Positions 18,981-29,005 of a stretch of DNA of 58,874 bases are shown here, in pieces (positions within the stretch are counted from its first letter, which is position 1; every line of letters starts with the position of its first letter). The notes beneath the pieces were generated by a model. The model searched no databases. It had not been told where the DNA came from and was given only the letters and a program-made list of their open reading frames with translations. Both the position numbers and the translations under genes were made by a program. The stretch comes from Chitinispirillia bacterium (GTDB taxonomy: Bacteria > Fibrobacterota > Chitinivibrionia > Chitinivibrionales > Chitinispirillaceae), in NCBI GenBank assembly GCA_009786415.1, contig WQTH01000007.1:1-58874 (forward strand), written 5' to 3'.

Positions 18981-19703
18981 TCAGGATATTCCAGCCGCTA
19001 TTTCTGTGACTATGTCTGCGGCCGCCTTGCCCGGATCGGGCGCGGCGGTGATGGGTCTGCCGATGACGAGTAGCGCCGCGCCGTTCTTTATAGCCCACGA
19101 CGGTGTCGCGACGCGCTTCTGGTCGTTGACGTCTGCGCCGGCGGGGCGTATCCCCGGAGTGACTATCTCAAAATTCCCGGGTACCGCCGGAGCCACCGTT
19201 TCCAGATCGGCCGCCGAGCAGACAAGCCCGTCGAGCCCCGCCGACACCGCTTTTTGGGCGAGGTGCAGAACGTATTCGCCGGTTTTCATCTGTACGGATA
19301 AATCGTTATTAAGCATAGCCTGGTCGATGCTCGTCAACAATGTCACTCCCAGAATTTTGGGCCGGTGCGCCGCTCTGGCCGCCGTTTCCGCCGCCGCTCT
19401 CATCATCTCCATTCCGCCCTGAGTGTGGATTGTCATGTAATCAACCCCCAGTCCGCAAGCCGCCTCCACCGCTTTGGCGACCGTGTTTGGAATGTCGTGG
19501 AACTTGAGGTCGAGGAAAATTTTGCGGCCGGTGTCGCGGACGGTGTTGAGGACGGCAGGGCCTGAGCGGGTGAACTGCTCCAGGCCGAGCTTGTATACGC
19601 CCACGCTGTCTGCGGTCTTGCCGATCAGGGATTTGAGGGCGTTGAGGTCGCTTGAATTATCAAGGGCCAGGGCGATATAGTCGGATGCGTTTTTCATATT
19701 CAT
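18981..19703 (-). CDS. pyrF: orotidine 5'-phosphate decarboxylase
   Basis: ORF 18981..19742, trimmed to MNMKNASDYIALALD. Motifs YKLGLEQF, FLDLKFHDIPNTV, and LVIGRPIT at the C-terminus. Confidence 0.9.
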   Translation of the reverse strand: MNMKNASDYIALALDNSSDLNALKSLIGKTADSVGVYKLGLEQFTRSGPAVLNTVRDTGRKIFLDLKFHDIPNTVAKAVEAACGLGVDYMTIHTQGGMEMMRAAAETAARAAHRPKILGVTLLTSIDQAMLNNDLSVQMKTGEYVLHLAQKAVSAGLDGLVCSAADLETVAPAVPGNFEIVTPGIRPAGADVNDQKRVATPSWAIKNGAALLVIGRPITAAPDPGKAAADIVTEIAAGIS

Positions 19704-19805
19704 AATATAATATATGGTAAATGTCTGAACCATGATTTTCATGGGCAGGGGATTAAAAATCGTATAAACGGGGATTGCCGGCGGCGGGTTTGTCCCGGGC
19801 AGCCT

Positions 19806-21728
19806 TTAATCCTGCGGGTTTCCGTCTATATATTTTTTCAGTTTCTCCGCCGATTCTTCCGAGAACCCCTGAACACCGGCGATTTCGCCTGCCGACGCCT
19901 CCTTGAGCCGTTTGATTGATCCGAACCGCTTGAGAAGGAGCTGCGCCTTCACCTTACCGATCCCCGGCAAATTCTCCAGTTCCGACCGTGTGAACTGCTT
20001 GCCTCGGATTTTGCGGTGGTAGGTGACGGCGTACCGGTGGACCTCGTCCCTTATCCGCTCCGCTAACTTTCGGGCGGGGTGTGTGGGCGGGAGGGCGAGG
20101 GGTTCGGGCAGGTGGGGGGAGAAGAGTATCTCCTCCTTTTTGGCGAGGGAGGCTATCATGGGCGGATTGTCAAAACGGGCCAGCGCCTCCATTGCCGCGC
20201 GGAGCTGGCCTTTCCCGCCGTCAATCAGCAGCAGGTCCGGGAATTGTCCGTTCTCATCAGTCAACCGCCTCAGCCGCCGCGTTACCGCTTCCATCATCAT
20301 GGCAAAATCGTTTTGCCCCTCTACCGTTTTGATTTTGTAGCGGCGATAACCGGATTTGTTCGGCAGGCCGTTCTTGAATTGGACCATGCCGGCGACGGTA
20401 AAGGATTCGCCGATGTTTGAGATGTCGAACGCCTCAATGACTTCGGGGGTCTTGGGTAAATTAAGCGCCTTTTGCAGGTCCTCAATATCATTACTGGCGT
20501 TTGGCGGGGCCTTTTGCATGAGGTATGAGTGCGCGTTTTTTTCGGCCATTAGCGCCAGCAGGCGTTTTGTCCCTTTTTGGGGTATGATTATGTGTGTACG
20601 CGGTGATGGCGGGCGGCCGGGGGCGGATGTCCCCGCGAGTTGACTTTGTTGAGCCCGGTCGTCAAACCATCCCTGCAGCGTTGATTGCGTGAACCCGGCG
20701 TTGCCGGGGATGATGATTTCGCGCGGGATCTCGGTGTCGTCGCCCATATAAAATTGCGGGATGACGTTGTCGCGGCTTTCGGAAGACATTTCCCACCTGT
20801 CGCGCTTAAAGAGGAAATTGCGCCCCGCCATAAGCAGTCCGTCTCTGAAGTGGAGTATGGCGAGCGATATTTCGCGGTCGCCCTGCGCTATGCCTAAGAC
20901 GTCGCAGTCAACATTGTCCATCTTTAAATCGACCCGCTGCAGCCGCGATGCGTCCCTGATCAGTTTAATTTGATCCCTCAGAAGCGCGGCATCCTCGAAT
21001 TTCAGCTGTTTTGACGCGGAAGCCATCCGCTCTTCCAGCTCCCTTATCAGATCATTTCGCCTGCCTTTCAGGAACCTGGTCAGGTCGTCAATCCCGCTTC
21101 TGTAATCATCGGAACTGATATTTCCGGCGCATGGTCCGCTGCACCGTTTCATAGAGTGGTTGATACACGGGCGGATTGGTTTCTGTAACGGCAAATTTTT
21201 AGCGCAATCCCTCAGGCGGAAAATCCTCTTGGCGAAACCGGCTACCCGCCGCATAACCTTGACGTCGGTGTAAGGCCCGAAATAGACCGCCCCGTCCCTT
21301 TCAACCCGCCGCACGACGAGCAGCCTCGGGAACGGCTCCTGCGCCGTTATCTTCAGGTAGGGATAGTGTTTGTCGTCCCTCAGTTCTATATTATATTTAG
21401 GCTTGTGCTTGCGGATGAGGTTGGCCTCAAGTATGAGCGCCTCGGCCTCGGTATGGGTGACGATGAGGTCGATATGGTCGAGCTGCCGCATCATGCCGGG
21501 AATCTGCATCCTGTCGCCGTGCGTATCTGAGAAGTAGGAGCGCACGCGGCTTCTCAGGTTGACGGCCTTGCCGATATACAGCAGGTTGCCGTTCGCGTCT
21601 TTCATCTGATAGACGCCCGGCGTTTCGGGGAAACGGGAGACTTGGTCGTAGAGTGGGGTTTGGAGCCTGGGGTTTGGAGTTATCTCCCCTTCCGCGTATA
21701 TGTTCGCACCGGAAACTCCGCTCTTCAC
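19806..21728 (-). CDS. uvrC: excinuclease ABC subunit C
   Basis: GTG start. GIY-YIG domain (PGVYQMKDANGNLLYIGKAVNLRSRVRSYF), UVR motif (FEDAALLRDQI), and a C-terminal HhH2 (LENLPGIGKVKAQLLLKRFGSIKRL). Confidence 0.95.
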   Translation of the reverse strand: MKSGVSGANIYAEGEITPNPRLQTPLYDQVSRFPETPGVYQMKDANGNLLYIGKAVNLRSRVRSYFSDTHGDRMQIPGMMRQLDHIDLIVTHTEAEALILEANLIRKHKPKYNIELRDDKHYPYLKITAQEPFPRLLVVRRVERDGAVYFGPYTDVKVMRRVAGFAKRIFRLRDCAKNLPLQKPIRPCINHSMKRCSGPCAGNISSDDYRSGIDDLTRFLKGRRNDLIRELEERMASASKQLKFEDAALLRDQIKLIRDASRLQRVDLKMDNVDCDVLGIAQGDREISLAILHFRDGLLMAGRNFLFKRDRWEMSSESRDNVIPQFYMGDDTEIPREIIIPGNAGFTQSTLQGWFDDRAQQSQLAGTSAPGRPPSPRTHIIIPQKGTKRLLALMAEKNAHSYLMQKAPPNASNDIEDLQKALNLPKTPEVIEAFDISNIGESFTVAGMVQFKNGLPNKSGYRRYKIKTVEGQNDFAMMMEAVTRRLRRLTDENGQFPDLLLIDGGKGQLRAAMEALARFDNPPMIASLAKKEEILFSPHLPEPLALPPTHPARKLAERIRDEVHRYAVTYHRKIRGKQFTRSELENLPGIGKVKAQLLLKRFGSIKRLKEASAGEIAGVQGFSEESAEKLKKYIDGNPQD

Positions 21729-21730
21729 CC

Positions 21731-22243
21731 TTAACCCTCCAAGCTCTTTATGAGCCAGTAGCCGTTTTTGCGTGCGCCCACACGCTCAAGTATTCCCCTG
21801 GCCTTGAGCTTTTGCAGGTTCGCCTCCGTCTTTCGGACGGATATGCCTACCTGCGGGGCGATGTTCTCCGCCGTGGCGTACGGGTTTTGTGCTATGCAGC
21901 TGAGGATGTGCATCTGGTTGCGCGTCGCGTCCTTTCGGCCGGTTATCACGATATTGGCGCTGTTATTTATCCGGCCCCGCCTGTCGTTTGTCCCGGCCCT
22001 TTTCTCGCGGATATCCTCCCACTCGCTGTTTATACCGACCTTTTTCGCGGTTGTACCGACTTTTTTGTCAGGTATCCCGGCTGTTTGGCCATTTATACCG
22101 ACACTGCCGCGTCTGTCGCCAATCCCGTTCCGTCTTTCGCAGATATCCTCCCACTCGCCGGGATTTGTCCCGGCCCTGACACCCTTGTCGCCGCGCCGCC
22201 TGTCCCCCGTACCGCTTCGTTTCTCGCGCTCTTTCCCGTTCAT
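21731..22243 (-). CDS. small protein with a degenerate tandem-repeat N-terminus and a C-terminal winged-helix DNA-binding domain
   Basis: Repeats are GTGDRRRG / GIGDRRGS / GTNDRRGR and GTNPGEWEDICERR / GINSEWEDIREKR. The C-terminus HILSCIAQNPYATAENIAPQVGISVRKTEANLQKLKARGILERVGARKNGYWLI is wHTH-like. The stop lies 2 nt before the uvrC GTG, and the uvrC RBS GGAGGG sits inside its last codons. Confidence 0.6.
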   Translation of the reverse strand: MNGKEREKRSGTGDRRRGDKGVRAGTNPGEWEDICERRNGIGDRRGSVGINGQTAGIPDKKVGTTAKKVGINSEWEDIREKRAGTNDRRGRINNSANIVITGRKDATRNQMHILSCIAQNPYATAENIAPQVGISVRKTEANLQKLKARGILERVGARKNGYWLIKSLEG

Positions 22244-22247
22244 ACCC

Positions 22248-22967
22248 TTACGCCTTCCTCCGGCAGATGCAGGACAGGTACCCCAGGTACTTCGAGCACT
22301 CCATTCGGTAAAAAATGTTTATTTCGTTGTGCATGGCGGCTCTGACCGGGGGGGCTGCGAAGTGCCCCTCGGTATCCGCGATTCTCTGCGCCATATGTCC
22401 GTAGTAGTTGTCCCAGTTGCTCGGCGGCGCGAGGCCAATGTAATGGAGGTCCAGGTCCGCGCATTTTACCATTTCGCGGTAGGCCTCTTCCGTGAGCGTC
22501 TGTTTTTTTATTTCCCCGAAGGTTTGCTGCACCTGTACCGGCACCTTTTCGGTCGTGTATATTTTGTCTGCGAAGGCTACCCAGCTTCTGGTTTTTAGCC
22601 ACTGCGGCAGTTTTTCGAAGAACGTTTTGCGCACAGTGGGCTTGAGGAACCCGCCCTCGGCGATTATGAGGTCGAAGGGGTCTTCGGCGTGGTTGGTGTC
22701 GAAGGGGTCTTTGGTGTCTACCGTTACGAGGTGGCTGACGGCCTCTTTTTCGCATAGCGTTCTGGCTTTAAGCGCCAGGCCCTGGCGGGTGTCTACGGCG
22801 AGGATTTTGCATCTGAACTCTTTTGCTATGGTGGCCGCCCCAGCGCCGCAGCCCGCGCCGAGGTTGAGTATGCGGCTTGATGGGTTGACGGCGGCGAACC
22901 GCGCCGCAGCGTAGACGAATTCCCTGCCGGCGGGGGATGCGAAATTGTAGTCCGGGTCTGTTATCAT
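22248..22967 (-). CDS. class I SAM-dependent methyltransferase
   Basis: Motif I ILNLGAGCGAGAATIA and an acidic loop KILAVD. Confidence 0.7.
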   Translation of the reverse strand: MITDPDYNFASPAGREFVYAAARFAAVNPSSRILNLGAGCGAGAATIAKEFRCKILAVDTRQGLALKARTLCEKEAVSHLVTVDTKDPFDTNHAEDPFDLIIAEGGFLKPTVRKTFFEKLPQWLKTRSWVAFADKIYTTEKVPVQVQQTFGEIKKQTLTEEAYREMVKCADLDLHYIGLAPPSNWDNYYGHMAQRIADTEGHFAAPPVRAAMHNEINIFYRMECSKYLGYLSCICRRKA

Positions 22968-23055
22968 CTCTTATCCTGCCCGTCTGTATAAAATTTGCGA
23001 CAAAAATGGTGTATATATAATATAGAAAGGGCGGCATAAACCGCCCCGTGGCAGA

Positions 23056-23331
23056 TTAACGCCTCTTCTTAACAATCTTCTTGCCCGGAATTTTGGTAGT
23101 CTCTTTAGTGGCTATCAGGGTGTTTAATACGCCGTGAAACATATTTTCACATGTCTGCATGGCTTTAGTCCAGCCGTCGGCGTATCCTTCATTGTATACG
23201 TCATTATTTACCACTTTTAAGGCGCGCTGCGGCGATAACGTTTTCTTTCCCGCGTTTTTATTTTTTGCCGCCATCTCTTTCTTTGCTGCCGCCGGTTTCT
23301 TCCTTACCGCCCTCTTCTTCATTGCTGCCAT
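23056..23331 (-). CDS. small Lys-rich basic protein of unknown function
   Basis: 91 aa. Both termini are K/R/A-rich (MAAMKKRAVRKKPAAAKKEMAAKNKNAGKK ... KIPGKKIVKKRR), flanking a ~45-aa core. It lies in a co-directional gene string. Confidence 0.4.
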   Translation of the reverse strand: MAAMKKRAVRKKPAAAKKEMAAKNKNAGKKTLSPQRALKVVNNDVYNEGYADGWTKAMQTCENMFHGVLNTLIATKETTKIPGKKIVKKRR

Positions 23332-23382
23332 ATTAACCTGCCTTTCAAGTATGTTTTTATTGGGATATTAAGTACAAGATAT

Positions 23383-24576
23383 CTAACGAACCTTCAGGAA
23401 CATCACCAGTCCCACTATCAACAATATAACGGATGTTATGTGGAAACGCCACATTATTTTGGATTTGATGCGGAACTCCCCAAGCGGGCCCTCGCCGTAC
23501 TTCCCGCTTTTGCGCATACCGAACTGGAAGTGGTGGTGGATGGGCGCGCACAGGAATATGCGCTTTTTTGTGAGCTTGAACCACCCCATCTGCATGAACA
23601 CCGAGCAGAACTCAAGCAGGAATATGAACGCGACTATGGGGAGGTAGAACTCCGACTTGGAGAAGATGAACAGTATGCCGATGAACCCGCCAAGCCCCAC
23701 CGACCCGCTGTCGCCCATTATGATGGTGGACGGCGGCGAGTTGAACCACAGGTACGCCAAAAGCGTTCCGGATACCGCCCCGATGAGCGGCAGTATCTCT
23801 TCCAGATTGGGGATATACGGTATGAGCAGGTAGCTGCTCCAGATGCTGTTGCTTGATATGAACGAGATTATACCCAGAAACGTGAGACAGGTTATGGACG
23901 GTACGGTGGTCAGGGTATCGAACCCGTCGGTAAAATTTACGCCGTTGGCCATTACCGCTATGGTGAGCGTCATAAGCGGTATGAAGAGCCAGACTACAAG
24001 CGAGGGGTACCACTTGTCCACGCTGAAAAACGGTACGTTTATGTTTTTGTTGATGTTGGGGATGTATTTGTAGGCAAGCACCGCAACTATAAGCGAAATA
24101 AGGAGATAGAGCGCCAGCCGCAGGGTAGACGATATTCCGTCGGCCTTGTACTGGTAGTCTTTCTGCGACATCAGGCCGCGTGCGACCTTGCGCTGGTTTA
24201 AGACCTTGGCGATGTCGTCCGCCGCGCCTATTATGCTGAAAAAGCAGTATATTATGAGCGCGCTTACGACGTAGGCGTTTATGCGCACCGCGGCGAGCGT
24301 GACGGCGATTATGATAAAAAAGAAAAGTATCCCCGCCGGCATGACGGGCCCCGCCGGCGCTTTGGCCGCCCCGCTGCCCGCCCCTGCCGCCGCCCCGGGC
24401 GCCCCCGCGGCGTTGTCGAACTCCGAGGAAACCTGCATCTTCAGCAGGAACCTGATGTAAGGCGGGAACAGCAGCATCGCCAGGATAAACGAGGCTACCG
24501 TGGCCACGCCCGTGCTGAACAGGCGGCTTGAGAGCAGGTAGATTCCGGTGGTCTCGTAGAAGTATTCAAGTAGCAT
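23383..24576 (-). CDS. mraY: MraY-family polyprenyl-phosphate sugar-phosphate transferase (divergent phospho-MurNAc-pentapeptide translocase)
   Basis: NGVNFTDGFDTLT, MGDSGSVGLGGFIG and APIHHHFQ motifs. The first cytoplasmic loop is replaced by the Ala/Gly-rich AGAPGAAAGAGSGAAKAPAGPVMPAG. It is not in a dcw-cluster context. Confidence 0.75.
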   Translation of the reverse strand: MLLEYFYETTGIYLLSSRLFSTGVATVASFILAMLLFPPYIRFLLKMQVSSEFDNAAGAPGAAAGAGSGAAKAPAGPVMPAGILFFFIIIAVTLAAVRINAYVVSALIIYCFFSIIGAADDIAKVLNQRKVARGLMSQKDYQYKADGISSTLRLALYLLISLIVAVLAYKYIPNINKNINVPFFSVDKWYPSLVVWLFIPLMTLTIAVMANGVNFTDGFDTLTTVPSITCLTFLGIISFISSNSIWSSYLLIPYIPNLEEILPLIGAVSGTLLAYLWFNSPPSTIIMGDSGSVGLGGFIGILFIFSKSEFYLPIVAFIFLLEFCSVFMQMGWFKLTKKRIFLCAPIHHHFQFGMRKSGKYGEGPLGEFRIKSKIMWRFHITSVILLIVGLVMFLKVR

Positions 24577-24598
24577 ATATGTAATATATATAAATCAA

Positions 24599-24611
24599 TG
24601 CCTTAAAGGCA
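24599..24611. promoter_or_regulatory. 13-bp palindrome TGCCTT-A-AAGGCA (candidate operator)
   Basis: Perfect 6-bp half-sites around a single central base. It begins 23 nt upstream of the mraY start codon (24576) and abuts the A/T-tract repeats. Confidence 0.25.
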
Positions 24612-24666
24612 AAAAAAATTTTGCTGGAACAAAAAAATTTTCGCTCCCCCAAAAATTTCCGTTCCC
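24611..24666. promoter_or_regulatory. three tandem degenerate 20-nt units, each starting with a phased A(5-8)T(3-4) tract
   Basis: AAAAAAAATTTTGCTGGAAC / AAAAAAATTTTCGCTCCCCC / AAAAATTTCCGTTCCC start at 24611, 24631 and 24651. A fourth A5T4 tract sits at 24708..24716. They lie in the mraY-mcsA divergent intergenic region. Confidence 0.4.
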
Positions 24667-24835
24667 GCCGTCCCTGTGGGGATTGGGGGGGCAATTATTT
24701 TAATTGCAAAAATTTTGTATATCCCGGACGGCATATTCTATATTCTATAATGTAATAGTGTAATACCATAGCTGTAATATATAGTATGCCGCCCCGGTAA
24801 ACAGGGCCTGAGGGTAAAAGGAAGAGGCTAAAAAC

Positions 24836-25408
24836 ATGGATATTTGCGACGATTGCGGGATTAACCCGGCCAATGTGCACCTTACGCACGTAGAGAACAA
24901 TGAAGCGCAGACGTTTCATCTTTGCGAGGATTGCGCCCGCAAGCGCGGCCTGCCGCTGCCCGACGGGGACTCGCTCATAAAGGGTTTGGCGGGGCTTACG
25001 GGTACGGCGGGGGCCGGGGGGGCCGCCGAGACGCACGTCAAGGTGACCGTCAGGCAGTCGGACGATATTGATGATGAGGAGTTGGCCGAGGCGGCCGAGG
25101 CGCAGGAACCTGATATCAAGTGCCCCAACTGCGGTATGCTGTTTTCGCAGTTCAGGTCGGGGGGGTGGCTTGGGTGCGCGGAGTGTTACGGCAGTTTTGA
25201 CGAGAGGATACACCGGATATTGGTGCAGATTCACGGTTCTGACGGGCACAAGGGCAAGAGGTACGGCAAGCCGGCGGTGCGCCGGGGCGGCAAGCGGGAT
25301 ATGGCGCGTTTGCGGCGTGAGCTTGACGACGCCATAAAGAACGAGCGGTTTGAGGATGCCGCGCTCATCCGCGATACCATAATAAGCATGAAGACAGACG
25401 CGAAATGA
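24836..25408 (+). CDS. mcsA: McsA-like activator of protein arginine kinase (zinc-finger plus UVR protein)
   Basis: MDICDDCGINPANVHLTHV...FHLCEDCARKRG and KCPNCGMLFSQFRSGGWLGCAECYGSF (CxxC pairs). UVR motif LRRELDDAIKNERFEDAALIRDTI. Confidence 0.8.
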   Translation: MDICDDCGINPANVHLTHVENNEAQTFHLCEDCARKRGLPLPDGDSLIKGLAGLTGTAGAGGAAETHVKVTVRQSDDIDDEELAEAAEAQEPDIKCPNCGMLFSQFRSGGWLGCAECYGSFDERIHRILVQIHGSDGHKGKRYGKPAVRRGGKRDMARLRRELDDAIKNERFEDAALIRDTIISMKTDAK

Positions 25409-26523
25409 GCGGCGCTACCGGGTCAAAGACCGCGTCGGCGCGGCTACGGCTCTCCGGCGGTATGCCGGTCTGGCTCGACAATTTGGGGCCCGACGAGGAT
25501 GTGGTGGTCTCTACGCGCATACGCCTTGCCCGTAACCTCGCGGCGCACAAGTTCCCGTCGCGCGCCTCGGCGAGGGACAAGCAGAAGATTTTTAAGGAGG
25601 CGTCTGCGGTGCTTGGCAGCTCTTCCATGCCGTGCGGCAAGTTCGAGATCATAAACTTCGGGCGGCTGCGCAGGCTCGAGCAGCACTATTTGGCCGAGGA
25701 GCGCCTTGTGAGCGTGGATATGCTCAAGGGCGAGGGCGAGCGCGGCGTGGCCTGCGACGGCTCGCGCAAGTACTGCGTGATGATAAACGAGGAGGATCAC
25801 CTGCGCATACAGGGTATGGCCTCCGGTTTCCACACCTTTGACCTGTGGGAGATGACAAGCAAGGTAGACGATTGCATAGGCAAGGGGCTGAAATACGCCT
25901 ACAGCGAGCGGTTCGGCTTTCTTACGGCCTGCCCCACGAATTCGGGGACGGGTTTGCGGGTGTCGTACCTTATGCACCTGCCGGGGCTGGTCCTCACGAA
26001 GGCTATAGACGCCACGTTGCAGGGGGCGAGCCAGATGGGCATATCGACGCGCGGCTTTTTCGGGGAGCACTCAGATGTGGTCGGCAACCTCTTCCAGCTC
26101 TCCAACCGGGCCACGATGGGGGCGAGCGAGGCGGAGTTTATAGAGACGACGAGCAAGGTCATAAGGGAGATAATCTGCCACGAGCGTACGGCGCGGGAGC
26201 GGCTTCTTAAAGACGCCGGCCTTGAGGTGGCCGACAAGGTGTGGCGGGCGCATGGGATGCTTTGCAACGCGCGGGTGCTGGGGTTTCCGGAACTCCTGAA
26301 CCTCACCTCGGCGCTGAGGCTTGGTATAGACTGCGGCTTTTACGATGTGCGGACGATTGATGATATAAACAGGCTGATCATGCTCTGTATGCCGGCGCAC
26401 CTGCAGGTATGCATAAGCGATATGGCCCGCCCGTCCGAAGATTTGGATGTGGCAAGGGCCGGCATGGTGAGGGACGCTTTCGCCGGGGCGAAGAAACGTG
26501 CGAGGCGGAAAGCGTCATCATAA
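25405..26523 (+). CDS. mcsB: protein arginine kinase (ATP:guanido phosphotransferase)
   Basis: VVVSTRIRLARNL, VMINEEDHLRIQ, CPTNSGTGLRVSYLMHLPGL and LGISTRGFFGE are hallmark guanido-kinase/McsB motifs. ATGA overlap with mcsA. Confidence 0.88.
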   Translation: MSGATGSKTASARLRLSGGMPVWLDNLGPDEDVVVSTRIRLARNLAAHKFPSRASARDKQKIFKEASAVLGSSSMPCGKFEIINFGRLRRLEQHYLAEERLVSVDMLKGEGERGVACDGSRKYCVMINEEDHLRIQGMASGFHTFDLWEMTSKVDDCIGKGLKYAYSERFGFLTACPTNSGTGLRVSYLMHLPGLVLTKAIDATLQGASQMGISTRGFFGEHSDVVGNLFQLSNRATMGASEAEFIETTSKVIREIICHERTARERLLKDAGLEVADKVWRAHGMLCNARVLGFPELLNLTSALRLGIDCGFYDVRTIDDINRLIMLCMPAHLQVCISDMARPSEDLDVARAGMVRDAFAGAKKRARRKASS

Positions 26524-26545
26524 TAACGAAAGGGTTGTACAAGAT

Positions 26546-29005
<2,460 letters not shown>

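Noticed and set aside
21950-22200. DNA-level tandem repeats considered as a non-coding array
   Set aside because: The repeats sit inside an open reading frame and translate into coherent peptide repeats (…EWEDI.E.R…, G..DRRG) followed by a wHTH. They are a coding repeat.
21653-22598. 230-aa and 276-aa plus-strand ORFs across the wHTH and methyltransferase genes
   Set aside because: They are Pro/Arg/Ser-rich mirror frames of the repeat gene. The minus-strand ORFs have a clean wHTH, a SAM motif and tight coupling to uvrC.
24577-24835. CtsR operator (tandem GGTCAAA heptads) upstream of mcsA
   Set aside because: No GGTCAAA-type direct repeat is present in the intergenic region, and no ctsR gene precedes mcsA.
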